Below are positions 1-14,777 of a stretch of DNA of 61,666 bases, piece by piece. The notes beneath the pieces are model-generated. The model saw only the letters and a program-made list of their open reading frames with translations, had not been told where the DNA came from and did not search any database. Position 1 is the first letter of the stretch, and each line of letters starts with the position of its first letter. Source of the DNA: Tubiluchus corallicola. Taxonomy: Eukaryota; Animalia; Priapulida. The stretch spans positions 1 to 61,666 of the forward strand of contig JAQGDQ010001117.1 of the NCBI GenBank assembly GCA_030141605.1, read 5' to 3'. The position numbers and the translations under genes were made by a program.

Positions 1-183
1 GCGACAGCACGTAATACCATGGCATTGCAGCCAGGATAATTACTATAAACATATATGCTTATTTAAAAATTGAATGCAAACAGAAAGGCGATTCATAAAA
101 AAAGATTCTTTTTTCAATCCCTGTTGCAAATAGAAAAACCATACATAAAATAACTAAGAATAGTAAATAACGTATGATGGTAC

Positions 184-3100
184 CTTGATTTTTGTGAGCT
201 TTGCATCTGTACAGTTGTCGAATCTGACGGAGTAGCCGACTTCGCAGCCAGTAGTGACACCCTTTTCTTCTGCCACACGTGTAGCAATCTGTAGTACGGA
301 AACACTTCCGGTCATTTTACAATAGCTTTACAATAACAGCAGCAATGGCGATGATGACCAACTATTACCACTACTAATGCTACCACTGCCATTACCATAA
401 CTGTAACACTTACTAATGACAGTTAATAGCTGTTATTGTTACTGATAATTTATTTAGACTCATAGACTGATATTATTGCATAATGATACTGCTATTAGAA
501 TTGATTTCTTATGTTTTGGTTCCAGTGCACGTAATTTAAACCACCACCGCCACCGCGAGCACGACAACAACAACAACAACAATAAGAATTTACTCAGTGT
601 TTGTGCCGCTAAAACATATAATGCACTGAAGCATTTCACAAGTGTAAAATACACACATATGCAGTAATACGTGCGAAAGATCAAATGTGCTTACAGTGAT
701 AGCAGCAACACGTCTAGGTAACGTTACACCGATCATTCCATCTCCGCCCCATCCCGCTTCCATTAAGTACTAAAAAATCACAAAAAACAGCGATTTCTAT
801 GAAACAAGATCTAAGCAAATCCGTATCCTGCAACTCTTAAAAACTATAGATATTACACAGAAAAGCGAGACAGCAATTGTTACTAGACAGTTCTCAGTCT
901 TACACTACGCAACTGCAGTAAAAACAAGGTTTTTTAGAGAATTTATTTATCCACTTAGCATTGCAATACATAGTTACAGCAATGTGTAAAATTGTTACAG
1001 CATTTTGTTAATAATAAAATATTGCAGCGTTTATGAGGAAATACTAACTCATAAGCTAACATGTGTTATCATTGCAGTGTGTATGAGCAGAAAACACTGC
1101 AGGAGACATTGGTCAAACGTTTAAATATAATTAAGTACAAAATAAGCAACACAAAATATTACAATTACTTACTACATGTATTACAAATGTGCTTACTTGT
1201 AGATCATGATTTAGCCTATAACGGCTGCATGAAACAGTTTTATGCATTAATGCAAACAACATTATATTTGTAGGACAGATTAGTTTCTAAATATTGTAAG
1301 AGATCTGGTATGAAAACATGTACTCTGGTTGCTCATGGACCTATACACAGTATACACACATGCACGCACGCACACGCGCACATGCACACGCACACATGTA
1401 TATACAGGTCACTTAAGTTACTAGAAAGTAAAGCAAGACACAGGGATGAGAATGACAGATTGCAAAAAACTCTAAAACAGGCCGGGGGTTTTGGGGCCGC
1501 CTAGGCCCCCAATGGGCCTGAGGGGCAAAGCCCCCATGGGGGGTTCAAGGGGGCCTTGAAGCCGGCAATTTTGTGACCATAGAGAGCCTCTAAGTGGACT
1601 TAAAATATAAATTACCTTGTTTCATGCATAATTTAAAATACCCAACTCTCAAGGATACATGATACTTAATTGTTTCAAAAACGCTTAATTACTGGCTGCT
1701 CCTATGCAAAAGTATATAAAAACTGTTTGCAATTGACTCAAATAACTCTGCACAATTGATTCTATATTTTCATACATAGAGATATACATGTGGTTACACT
1801 GATGTACATGATGTAAACAAAGTGACGGCCTGCCAACTAGTGGTCAGCTTGTGAAATAATGTACTGGGTCCGTAAAAATTTTCTAAACGAATTTACGCGA
1901 TTTACAAAAATGGCACTACTGGTCTTCCAAAAACTCGGAATTCCGCGTATCCGCGGAAAATTCTCATCCCTGAAGACAAGCTTTTAGACACATCAGCTAA
2001 CATACAAATGCTTCCAATTATGTATGCTAACTGATTTATAAAGTTTTGAATCAAAATACCTGTGGAATCTGAGTGCTCTTCCCGCATCCTGTCTCTCCGA
2101 CAACGATCAACACCCGGTACTGTTCAATCAGGTATAAGATATGGGCACGATTCTGGAAACCAAGAATTCATTAGAAAGCGCAAGTTTTCATGGGGTATGT
2201 AAAGCTAAAACAGTTAAAAAACAAATGATGAATATCAATAAGTTTCTTTAAGTTGCACCTTAACAGAATAACTGGACCATCTATAATATTATAATATACT
2301 ATAACATCTTTTTAAAAATGTATAACAGAATCAAAATGTATTTTGGCATGTACGTTATACTACAGTGACAAAAATACAAAAAAACAACAACAATACAAAA
2401 GTACAAAACAGAGCTATTATACTATAGCTGCAGGACCAAAGAAGATGCATAACAAATAACAAATGTATATGATTTTAGCATAGATACAGTTAGCATATCA
2501 TGAAAGAATAATAAATAATATTATCAATATTTATATATTAGTACTATTTACTCCTTTTTTAAAAACACTAAAAATGTGATGGGAAGCTATTTCGGTAATA
2601 TCGCAGTTGTTACCCCCATTGTGAATTTTAGCTTTCCGTTTAAGTTAGTGAAATTACTATTGATGCTTGTTATTTCAGAATAGAAAGTTTGTTGCAACCG
2701 GTCAAGTAGAAGAAGCAATAAAACAAAAAACAAATTTCGTCTTCTACTTGTTGGCTGTCACAGTGTTGACATGTGTAACATGTATAACATGAAATCACTG
2801 TCTTTTTAAACATCATAAAATTGCAAAAAAATCATTTTTAAGCAAATCTGAGATTCCTATTACAGCAGTTATCAAGAATTAAAACTAATGATAAACCTCC
2901 TCAAAAGTGTGTCGATAAATAAGCAATGCTCTGAAATGCCATTGCCGTTCTTATTTTGATCTAGAATTTAAAAAAGATTTTTCTCAAGTTTGCATTTTTT
3001 CTCTTAGATCAAAGTTGTACATGCACCAAACATTTTCTGGCCTTTTCTGTCTAATCATGTTTTGACACTTGGTGATGGTTTGATAACACATGTTTATGTA

Positions 3101-5258
3101 TGCTCCCAAGTGCTTAACATTAATCATCTACAGGGGTCCAATTCCATACATGTGTTTTGGCTGGTATAAGAAACTCTTATGTTAATTCAATGGTCAGCAC
3201 AATGACCAAAAAACGATTTTGTGGTAAAATAGCAGATGAATTTTTTGAGTTGTCAACTCTAGTAAGCTACCTTCAAATTCTAACAAGTTTTGCAATGTAT
3301 AGAATTATGCCATTATGCCAAAGAAGATATGTGAGTGCTAAATATCCATAAAAATAATGTCACTTTTACTGTCAAATTTCTTCTAGACTTTTAACATTTT
3401 TTCCTGTTCGGTATTATTACTCAACAAGGTACATTCATTGTGTAATAATGTAATAAAACTATTGAAATTTAACATTACAGGTTATAAATACTTAACGAAT
3501 TTTAGTTTCCCAAAGAAATTATGCCTAATTATTATGCATATATGTTAAACTCGAGTAAAATTCAAAAAGAGATTAATAGATTTGTACAGCTCTAACAGTT
3601 TGACTAGATCTGCACACACATGACCATGCCAACTAACTTGCCTCATCACCTAGCATTCACTCCTTATAAATTTTAACACTAGGTGGGGCTACCTGCCAAT
3701 ACACAAATTTTGTATCATTGATCGTCAAGATCCATTACATACTCTGAAGGTAAGTTTTAACTACATAGTACTACTTGTAGACCTATATTAATCCAGCATT
3801 CACATGGTTCAAATGATGAGTGACAGTTACAACAATTAAATTAAATAATTTAAACCTTAAATATTGGAAGCTTTTGTCTTTGCTGAGCTATTGCAAGTGA
3901 ATGGGCAGGGTTGTATGGAGCAATAAAACCCACACCGTCTGACTGTTCAATTTTATCTTCCTTTATTCCAGGTGCCTCAGTTCCTACAAACAAAAAAAAT
4001 CAATCAAATTTGTGCATTCTGATAATTTTAAACAGTCACAGTTTGTAAGAATATATTCTTTATCACTTCTTTCAATTACTACACTACACAATATATTCCC
4101 ATTATATGGAGGAATAAATTCGTTTATTATTGAACATTTTTTTAGATGAAACACGGTAATAGTCATGTTATTACCCTTGTAATTCAAAGGTCTCCGTTTT
4201 AAATGCAGATCCAGTCCAAACTGTTACGCATTTCGTGCGTTTGAGTTCGAAAATTCAATAAATGCGGGTTCATTTTTGAACAACGTTAATCGATAACCTT
4301 AAAATTACGTCTATTAAATATGGTTATTGACATAGACTTTCGAGAATCTTTTAAAAGTCTGTATTTAGAAACCACATAAAATTAGTGGGGGTGCCGTTTC
4401 AGAAAATTTTTAGCCATTGTTTTAATTCTGTGTGAAACATAACAAACATATGTTAATGTTTAATTTTAATGTTGTAGTTATACTTGAAGATCAGGTACTG
4501 AACAGCTTCTTTTCTTAACTGCAACTTTCTCATGGAGAGACAACTGTGAAAAATTAAGCTGTTGTAGTTCACTTACAGTCACAGAACTTATTTCTTGGGG
4601 ATGCAAGACATCTATTATTAAATAATTTATGTTTTAAGTACACACACTAAGTTTAAACTTTATCATATCCAAGCATATGACAGCACACGGTAAGCACTTG
4701 ACAATTGCTACTGTGACAGAGACAGTACTTTTCCACCTAGCAGCAAATGCTAGCATACAGCGTGTTATCTCAGGCATGTGCGCAAGAGCACAACAGCCAA
4801 ACATCACGTTGTTTGGGCTGTGAAGCAAATTGTACTTCACGTGCTCCTGTTCCGTAAAGTATAAAAAAGACCCAAAAAAGACTTATTATATTGAATATTA
4901 CCTTTAATAATGAGTGAAAACAGGGGGTGCTGCAGTACCACAGTACCTATACACGAGCCGCCACTGCACATAAATACTGAACTATAATGCTGGATTTTAA
5001 TTTTGGTCATGAGAAACTTACACAAAGAAACAAAGCATACATTCAGAATTTACTTAGCCTATACAAAATCTAATACTTAAGTGCTTCTTATAGTGGCTTC
5101 ATTAGCTGGCAGGTAAGCTTCACGTAACAGATTACACCTGTACAAGCTAAAGTGTGACAGACTCTAAAGTTTAAAACATAAATGATATTTCCAATATTAA
5201 GTACATTTGGCTTACCTGGTATCCAAAATTTTACATCTTGCTTAGAGCGAAATGACAT
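184..5258 (-). CDS. DHX35: ATP-dependent DEAH-box RNA helicase DHX35, 5' part (5 coding exons; gene continues beyond the left edge)
   Basis: Spliced minus-strand exons with GT-AG borders and consistent phases: 5258-5216 (MSFRSKQDVKFWIPG), 3983-3856 (TEAPG...YNPAHSLAIAQQRQKLPIFK), 2152-2060 (NRAHILYLIEQYRVLIVVGETGCGKSTQIPQ, Walker A), 769-695 (YLMEAGWGGDGMIGVTLPRRVAAIT, motif Ia), 288-184 (IATRVAEEKGVTTGCEVGYSVRFDNCTDAKLTKIK). The KFWxPG N-terminus and YNP...QQRQKLP segment are typical of DHX35. Confidence 0.92.
1441..1972. mobile_element. Non-autonomous DNA transposon (hAT-like MITE) in a DHX35 intron
   Basis: 13-bp terminal inverted repeats CAGGGATGAGAAT (1441-1453) / ATTCTCATCCCTG (1960-1972), flanked by direct repeat AAGACA (1435-1440, 1973-1978); GC-rich internal GGGGC...GCCCC motifs. 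Confidence 0.8.
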
Positions 5259-8200
5259 GCTAGCAATTTTTTTAATCCGACCTAAATAAAAGTGCCAGAT
5301 AAAATAACGACCAGTGAATTAAATACACATAATATAAAGCAAATAAACGATCAAGGAGGTAAACTTCACACCACAGCATAAGGCATAAATGTATGCAAAA
5401 TTGATGAGCGCTTTACAGGTTAAGCCAATCATTCTCTACATCCTTTTCAAATACGAAGCAGCACAGCAGATGAATTCAGTAAAATTTACTATTGACCAAT
5501 GCCTCCCGACTTGGCCATATATAATTGGAAATTATATTAATAGTCTTCCCATAAAAAATTTCTGATTATTGATTAGCAAACAATTGAGGCAGCACATTTG
5601 ACACCTGTTGATTTCACACTGTCACCAATGAAGAGCTATACCGGAGAGCTGTGCCAGTGTGAGAGTCACACCACCTTGAGCTCCTTTTCAATTTTATGAG
5701 AAAAATTCCTATTGTGATAAACAGCTCTTCTGCGTAAAGTATTTGTGTGAACTTTCATGTGGAATGTAAAACTGCCTTACGTGAGTTAGTTTCGTCAAAT
5801 TTACTGTGTGATTTGAAACCTACAAAACAGTTATACTGGTCATGCTTCATAGAATTAAATATGAAAGTTTCATGATACATGAATTGCTTTTTGCTTAACG
5901 ATGACAAAGTATTAGTGTTAGTAAAAAAAGCTCACTACAAGCACTGCAATGCAAATTGGATCAGATGTAGCTATTATTCAGATCAGACACAACCCAACAG
6001 CATTGCTGAACTATCTGAAGCTGAAAGCATAGCTGAAAATACTCCATTTCATTTGAATTAATGACTAATAACAACCAAAAAATTAAAACCTAGTCCTTGA
6101 AAAATTCTTGTGAAAAAAGTTTGAAAACAGCTCAAAACCCTAGGACAACTTGTGAACTAGTAAAAAAACCTGACAGACGCCAAGCGTCGTGGCCGGCTTG
6201 ATCCGTAACCTGGCGGTCTGATGTCACCTCACTGTCCGACGTTCCCTGCGAGTTTTGTGACCACTGCTTGCATACTTTTGGAGTTTAATACGTGAACGTC
6301 TATGTCTAAAAAAGAAACGTCGAGCACGATAATCAGAAGTAACACAACGAGATTAAGGAAAATTTTGTTAATTACGAAACATATTTTAAAACGGTAAATT
6401 CAAGCATTTGCACAAGCGGTACGTACATTCTTATTTCACATGTTGTTTGGACGCAAAATTTCTTCCGCACTATGGGAAATCCTCAAAAAAGATACTAGGA
6501 ATGCCGCGATGTGAACAGGAAAGTGATTGCGAGACTCGCGCACGGCAGACACTTGTTAGGCAACGAAATGCGTCTGCAAGTTGTATTCCACAATGTAAAC
6601 AGCTTTTAATACTACCATTTTCAAGTTTTCCCGAAATAATCATAGTATTGTTTGTTCTTTTTTCCAGTACAGAATTGCTATTAATTACACCTTTTTTAAT
6701 TCTCGTCATTATAGTTTTCTTCTTAGAAATCACAAAAGTCGATAAGAAAAATTACCTAAAAGCGACTATTTTCCCGGCATCGATCGCTGTATACATGCTG
6801 CTTACGAAAAACAGGTCGATGTTTTCATTTCCTTAAAAAATAATTGTCACGGATTCCCGTGATTGAGTTCTACTCTGGTATTATACCTTTCATTTACAGC
6901 ATTGCAAACTAGTTTATTCCGGTTCTAGAACCTTTGCAAATTTACCTAGAGTCATTTAATTAGGTTAACCTTGAATTATTTATACAGGCTTCATTCCAAA
7001 GCTATAAATTCCTTCGTCACCCTTGTACAGGTGACCATTTGACGCTTGCTTTTCCTACAAGCAAACATCATATGATCCGCCTAATTCGTTAGGTTAATTT
7101 TTTGTCCTTTCTTCAATAGTTTTTTTATATGGTTATGTGCTGATGTGTATCTATAATTAGGTTTAGTGCTGTGATAGAAAGTAACTATGTAATTGCGACA
7201 AATCTTGTGAGTTGAATAAATTATATTTGGGTGGCCACTCTTTTAATCCAATGGTTATGCGGTTTTTGTTAAGAGTCAAAATTTATTCTAAATTATATGT
7301 TTCAGTAGCAGCAAACCATTCTAATTATCAGCTCGTAGACTTAAGCGTTATGCACCTTTCTCTATAAAAAATAAACTAGACTATATACACTCCTACGTAT
7401 TTGTTTAATTAAGAACCAGGCCGATGTCTCTCCCACAAACTTCCGAAAAAATGAGCAGTTTTCACAATAATACTTATAGGCCTTAAATGGATCTAAAGTT
7501 TTCCAAGTTGGCTGTTTACACTGAGAATACTCTACATATACTGCTTATTGCTGTGTCCGATTGAGAGATTCAATCAAAAGGTCTCACATAGTTCGAAAAC
7601 ATCTTGAAGTAGTTTTAATATGTCGAAGACAGGCTTAATTGTTACCCTAAAATCAAAAGAAATCCAGGTTTCATTTCTTTTTGCGAATATCGCCACTTGC
7701 CATATAAGTAAAGTACTAAAAATTCCATTTATTGTTGAATTTTTTTCACAAAAGACAACATTAGCCGATGCCAAATATTTTTCGACAAATTAAAAAATAG
7801 AGACAAAAAATAAAGCAAACCAATTAGAAAAAATTCTAATGCACACATAACATGTACGACATACACAGGATTTTAGTCTTGAATCTTATTGGATTTTACA
7901 ATGCATTATAGCGCTGCCATCTGTGCCTATTGTCAATTGTTAGAAATTGAAAATACGTACTGCGCTTAGTGTGCATATTACAAAGTATAATTATGTAACA
8001 GTTTCCTAACAACATGCCTGCATCACAAATTGTTTTACTTAATTGTAGAATATTACAACACGAGGGCATTCAAGCAAATTGACCACTTAGCAAGCTATAA
8101 TTGGTTTATAGAAAAGTTACAGTGCGACAAATTAAGCACTAATATACAACATATTTTCTCGTCTTGTTTGCAGTAGTAGTCAGCACAAAAATAACCCAAT

Positions 8201-8599
8201 AACAGCAAATATCATCTTCCATTTCGTTGCGGAGATCACAACCTGCAGTAGCAAACTACTGCAACAGTAGCAGCACTGCCAGCAATACCAGGACACCAAT
8301 GGCAGCACTGCACCATGCCAGCAATACACGGCAATCGCAGCAGCCCTACAGCAACAGCTTATTTTCTTTACTTTGGGGTGCTTGGTGACCTATGTGAACG
8401 TGGCAACCAGTCTACAGAAGGAAATTCTCAGAAATAGTTTTCATTGATCAAAAAATGCAATCAGCAGATGCCGAGTAAGACGATGCAGGCGATTTTGATG
8501 TAAACTGTCCAAAATGTCCGAGATAATCCGTGAAAAGGGCCTACGTTGTGCAACCATAAAGCAGAATCGAGTTTAGTTAACAGACAAAAATGCTGCTGC

Positions 8600-9150
8600 T
8601 AGACAAGACCTCGCCAGGTGATTAAGTGCTTCTAACCAACAGGATTCTTAATCTTGGACTTGGACGGGCAGCCGGTATAATTTAAAATATCAATGCCCGC
8701 TATTTCAGCATCTTCTCCTGTGACCAAGATGGAGGCGAGCATCCTGAAATCCGATAAAGAGAGGATCTTTGTCTCTGCACAACAGACGGTGAGATCCAAA
8801 CTCAAACTATGGTGAGAGAGACATCATCTTCAAAGCAAAGATTAGTGAAATGATTGCGGTAGTCAGTGCCAACATGAAGTCGTCGGCCAGTAGTCTGCCC
8901 GCCCAGAAGTAAAAGGCAACCTAAAAGATACACAATGGTCAGGCAAAAGAACAGTTACAGTTTCAAAAGAAACAGAACGGAAGCTTTCTTTACTAACTCT
9001 GCAGATGGCGCACAGAGCTTTGAGGATAGAGGTTAACTTTGGCGGGAATCCTATCTTTTGGAGAAGGCGCCAGAGACTAAGCGCACTGGCCAATGGAATC
9101 GAAGGTAGCTTTCACGTCTACGTAGCCTATCAGAAGGACTTTGCGGTCGT
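8600..9150 (-). mobile_element. Degenerate non-LTR retrotransposon (RTE-like) reverse transcriptase fragment
   Basis: Minus strand reads LIGYVDVKATFDSI (cf. RT motif YVDLKxAFDSV) followed after a frameshift by LWRLLQKIGFPPKLTSILKAL; stops and frameshifts present. Confidence 0.55.
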
Positions 9151-9220
9151 TTTGTCTGCAGTACCAGTAACAGCAGCCGTATTAGCAGCAGTAGCAATCT
9201 AGGCAGCTTTAATCAACGCC

Positions 9221-9398
9221 TTAGTCAAAATCAAAAATCAGGGCCGCTTTTTCGTTGTGTGTGTGATTACGTATTTTCTGGACTTTGCATTAAGAGGAAA
9301 ACTAAAACCAATATTCAATACGACAGCTGACAAATATTTCATCATAACCCAACTGAAATCTAACTAAATTATCAAAATGCTAAATACCAATACTTGTA

Positions 9399-9489
<91 letters not shown>

Positions 9490-9816
9490 TAATACACACT
9501 TGAAATTAACTCTCACAGTATATTTCAATGCAGACAAAGGGAGAGCAAATTGGCCGTGGCGAGGTGGACCCACGTTGGTTGACTGTTTGCGCAGACCTTA
9601 TAAGAAAGAAAATGAAATTTTAAAATGTTTCAAAAGTCTTTCCATACAAAGTTACGTAACTTGGGACTAATTGGTTATCTTTATCTCTCCGCATCCTGTC
9701 ATGGCCGAAGCCCCTTCTAAGCTCTTAGTCTTTTGAAGGGTCTTCAGGTAGCCCACTGATAGCTTATGATGGCCAAGTTAGTTATTTAGCTCGACCAGTG
9801 GCTTTGCCAAGAAATA
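9221..9816. repeat. Dispersed repeat containing a (TAA)n tract; inverted copy at 49170-50826
   Basis: 9221-9590 is the reverse complement of ~50500-50826 and ~9592-9816 of ~49170-49418; the ORF track shows the near-identical spurious peptide MGPPRHGQxALPLSALKYTVRVNFKC on opposite strands. Confidence 0.85.
9398..9489. repeat. (TAA)n microsatellite
   Basis: About 30 perfect TAA units. Confidence 0.97.
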
Positions 9817-10830
9817 TGCCGTGAACTTTTTCAGCAGATTTCACACTATTTGACAGCAAAAACGTCATGATAATTTATATTATTTAAATGTAGTATTTAT
9901 AATCCGATTCACCATAATATATTTACGCGCAATTCACTGTGTGGTGTTCACTGACACAAAATAACTACGCAAAAACGAAAGCGATCCATCTATACATGTA
10001 CAACTACATAGTACCAAACAGAGCAAAGACCCTTGATGAGGGAGAAAGTCTTGTAATGTACACTCGTATGTAAGTAAGTCATCTCTGCCTGTTCAGTGTC
10101 TCATCCTACCGAATAAGAATAGATGATAAGACAAGTTCCAGTCTTCCCACTACCACTCACTTTAATGCTGTTGAGTCTATATTCTAATTTGCAGTGTGCA
10201 AACCGTACATAAAGGTTCTAATTATAGGAGCTGCAGGTTTTAAAGGACAAGAAAGTAGAATTCTTATGTAAAGCTAAAAAAATCGTCTCGAAATTTTCAC
10301 TCATCTACGCAGTGCATGCTGCTTTATTGTGCGCAGAACTTTTATTGGCGATAACGCTGTATAAAACTTTATATAACGCTGTAAAAATTTCAACTTCTGC
10401 ACTTACGGTTAGACGCTGTTACTCTAATAAGTTACTCTCACCTCTTGACTTTTACGCCGTTACCATCGCCGTCTCTACCATGCAGCTGATGTAAACATGC
10501 TAAATTACTAAGAATTTTCTTTTCCAGTTATGTAAAATTGTATTATGTCTTTCAAAGTGGTAAGTTTAAAATTAAGCACTGCTATCATTGCTAGAACTGC
10601 TATGCATTTACTGCTATCGTTGCTTAGTATTTCGTTTTTTCTCTCATTTAATGAAGGAATAACATATTTATATACAACAAATATTGCAGAAAAAATTTTG
10701 TATGGGTGTGATAAACAACCTTACTCAGTAAACGACAACAATAACAACAATTGAAATAGACAATCTTGAAAAACAACAACAACAACAATTTCCATCACTC
10801 TTTTACCGTTTTAGTTATTGCATTTCCACT

Positions 10831-11693
10831 TTACAGTTCAGGACTATCGTGGCACTGACAATGTTCATGTATCCCAATCATTTTTTGCACTATGTCATCG
10901 CGTTTGTTTACAGTTTTTCGCACAACAAAAAATATGAGAACTGGAGCAAACAGCATAAACCACGTGACGTGACGAGACGCAACTTGTAAATATTTTTTTC
11001 CACCCGCCGCCCAATATGGCGCAATCGAAACAGTGTACAGCAAGATGTACACGTAAGAATGCCACACGTGGAGAAATCTGATTGGTATTCCCGTTGTGAA
11101 CAGTTCTACCATAATACTTGCTGTACCAAGTGTACCCAGGTCATAATAATGCTCGGGAACACTGAATGAGACGCACGTGGTAACATTAAACAAAACCCAT
11201 TCCACCTTGTGGTACCATTTACAAGGACCATCTTTGGGATTCTTGTTACACCACTCTATTATAGATATAACTAGTGTGACTGCCGAGAAAGTGACTAGAA
11301 AATATGCCAGATGAGCTGCAGGATCGTAGACAAGCCACAGATCTGGCCAGCCATAATACGGGTCGGCAAATTTGTTGGAGAAACTGTCAGTCATCCACCA
11401 TATAAAGACAGCGAACCGAATAAAACGAAACGACACGTATAGTAACGGAGGAACAGGCCACTGAAAAAAAAACAGTTTCTATAAAGTTTTGAAATTGCAA
11501 GTTATTCAAAGCGTACTAAGAACCCAATAACAATTTTAAAGAAAGAGCAATTTTAAAGTATGTAACAAAAACGTTAATAGGGGCCTATAAAGTTATATTA
11601 CTTAGCATTACACTTACCTGCTTGAAAAACTCATTTAACTAGAAAAGACTAATTTGAAATGTTCGCGCTACCTGGTAAAACGGTTTAGAGCAT
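10831..11693 (-). pseudogene. Rolling stone-like multi-pass membrane protein, probably degenerate
   Basis: Acceptor (T-run)CAG|TGG at 11460 opens WPVPPLLYVSFR...WYHKVEWVLFNV...IPIRFLHVWH...YWAAGG, matching rolling stone-type motifs (QW, WYxKxxWxLxN, PxRxLH, YWxxGG). The upstream exon (donor CAG|GTAAGT near 11617, ending EFFKQ) has a stop in frame, and expected segments (YLTxW, YW..HxxN, YIYxxLDW) appear deleted. Confidence 0.5.
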
Positions 11694-14606
11694 CTTTGAA
11701 TAGAACGCCAAAAAACACATAATTGATCTTATTAACAATATAAAATAATTTAACCTTTTGCTTGGTTAAGGAAGTGTACACTACAAATGCTCTGATTATT
11801 TTTTCAAATTTTATGCAATGTTACCTACACTTGATTCAACAAATTTAAACAAGCTGCGCCCAACGGACGTCGCGCGAGTTTAAATTTACAAATTTCATAC
11901 AGCGTAATATTAACACAAGATCTGTTTGTAATAAGACAACAGGTAAGTAATATACAATTTCAAGACTTTTAGCTTTATTTGTGAAGAGTGTTTTGTTGTG
12001 CTTTAAAAATCTACGCATAATGAAATCATAATAATTTTCTACGCAAAACTTAACTGAATGACTTAGTCGTAGACTGCAATATTTAGTGATAATTTTCTCG
12101 AATTTTACAGTGCAACCAATTCAATTAAATTCACCTTTTATTTCAACATTAAACTTGCCGTACAACCTACTAAAAAATAAATAGTTACATGTACACAAAC
12201 ACACACTACTAGCTTTACTAATTGCATACAACAACAAAAAGGTACTAAAAGCTACCCACACCAAATAAGAAGAACGATCACAAGCAAAAAAGTCATTCAC
12301 AATATTTACCATGGAAGCGTTGTTATTGTGGTTTACAATAATATGGGTTCAAATTAAATCTTATAACGTATCACTTCGATCCTAGAATACCTGTCTGCTA
12401 CTTACTAATAAGTTAGTTCAGTATTTTTGTGTGGATCTCTGTAATACAAACACGGTTACCCCTAATAACTGTATCCGGCAAATAAGGCGAATAATTATTG
12501 GGGTGTAAAATAACGTTTAATCTCAAACGCCTGCAAGTAATCATGTAAATAAGATTGTCATGTCTAACATCGCCAGCACTTTTACTATTATCTATTTACT
12601 ATTACTTTTACTACTACTTACTATTATTATTATCATTCGCGCATACTAAGACGTTCAAATCTAAAATTAGACAGAGCGCGTACTTTAATGTAATGGAACT
12701 GAAGATAGTTTTCTTACCGCACTTTGTCCAAACGATACCTGACTCGGGTAATTGAGATCGTAGACGCTGCATTTACACTTTTTACAACAAGCTTGACGTT
12801 GAGGCCTAAAACCTTTTCTGGCATAACCAGTATCCATGGGCAAGCCGCGGCAGAAGACGACTACTACTCAACATCAATTTCTTTTTTGTCTTCAAAGCTC
12901 TAGGAGTAACTGAAGGCCAAATCTTGACCCATAAAATTATCAAAGCATTATCCAGAAGTCACCCATCAATACTTAATTAGTATGTAAAATTTCGCCACTA
13001 CTGTGTAAAATATTATTTTCTGTACTTATCGCATTGATTAAAATTCACTGTTTGTTTTATATTTCTGAGGTACTATTCATTATACATAGCTCCCATATGC
13101 TGTTTAATCTCTATCATCCGCAGATACAGCAAATACGATGTATTTTGCGAAAAAGAGAGTCCAAGTGCCACTTTACAGGACGAATTATGCGCGGAAACGC
13201 TGCTTAGCAACACAAACAATGACGTCATTTTATTCAGATGTCATGAAACTGTTGTTGTTACGTATGAAACGTATCATCATAAATAACTATCGTCCAACGG
13301 CGTTACACTGTTTACTTCTGTCGTCAAGCGCTACGTTCTTTTGCTACTCTCCATGATAAAGTATCTTTCAAAACTGAAGCTGTTACATTGAGATATTTTT
13401 GTGTGAAATTCATAAATGTCAGCAAACTGTCTCCTCCTTTTGCCTTTTTGTGCGGTTGAATTGATTCGTGGAAAGCTTTAATAATTAGATAGTCTTACGA
13501 TAATCTCAGAACATGACCGACCCAGTTAAGTCTTCTTGATTTTCTTCCTTAATTTTATCGTGCAAATCTTTTTTTACTTATGAAATCTAGCGTACTTTTC
13601 AAACTCAATGACTCTTGATTCTGTTTCATAGCAGTTTTGGAAAAATCGACAGATTTATTTAACAACGATAACGTACAAACGCAACACATCATTCCAGAGA
13701 AGTCATAAAAATAAGACAATGTACAAATAAATTATAAAAAAAACGAGCGCGAAAAATCAAAAACAAAAAATAAAATAATAATACAGTAAAACAAATATAT
13801 GCAGCGAAAAACGCGCAATTAGAATAGTAGGGCATTTAAGTCCATTAGGTTGCAAGAATTTGTTCTACCTCTGGAGAAATTGCGCCATAATTAATGTTTA
13901 GGGTGTACCCATACTTACGAAGTTTATTTTGATAAACAAAGGGTTGCTGCTTGCACTTGCTAGAACAGAAGTCTCTTTTTGAACTCTCAGTGCACCACAG
14001 ACAGTTACAACCATTTACTTACAAAACAAGGTTTATTAAATGCACATTTACTGAATAAATTGAATAAATCACTTCTGGTGTTATAATTAGTGGCGGCTAA
14101 TCTACGTTTTGTGATTTGTACAAGAGTACTATTACTGTTACTGCTACTGCTACTATTACTACTGCTATTGCTGCTGCTGCTGCAGCTGCTATACTAATAT
14201 TACTACTACTACTACTACTACTGCTATCGCTAATACTAGTACTACTTCCTCATTTTCGTCTCATTCTCTATTTTTATTGTCATTCTTTAAATTAGTGGAA
14301 AACCCTATTGTTACACGGCCACTGGCAGCATGAGGCTGCTAGAACAGAAGCCTCTTTTTGGCTACTCACATGTTGGCGCCTACAAATACTTTCGCCTTCG
14401 TAAAAAGTTATCTATTATATTGATTTGGGTGGTATATATACATATATATAACCGACGACGGCACCATTTTCGGCGATTCATACGTCAAACGAAAGGTCTC
14501 CATCCACTGGTTTGCACCTGGAGCTTTATTTTGCGAATCGGGCCCACCGGGAGGGACAGGGGAGGGATGAAAAACCTCCAAAAATGACCTTTCTTAACCT
14601 TTTTTC

Positions 14607-14777
<171 letters not shown>

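Noticed and set aside
114-305. 63-aa ORF MFPYYRLL...
   Set aside because: Wrong frame; the real coding frame here is the DHX35 exon 288-184.
5621-5650. VTNEELYRRA, resembling an RTE-LINE C-terminal motif
   Set aside because: Too short to support a call.
6353-6836. 142-aa ORF and TTAAGGAAA...TTTCCTTAA inverted ends
   Set aside because: No recognisable protein; a 9-bp inverted match in AT-rich DNA is insufficient for a MITE call.
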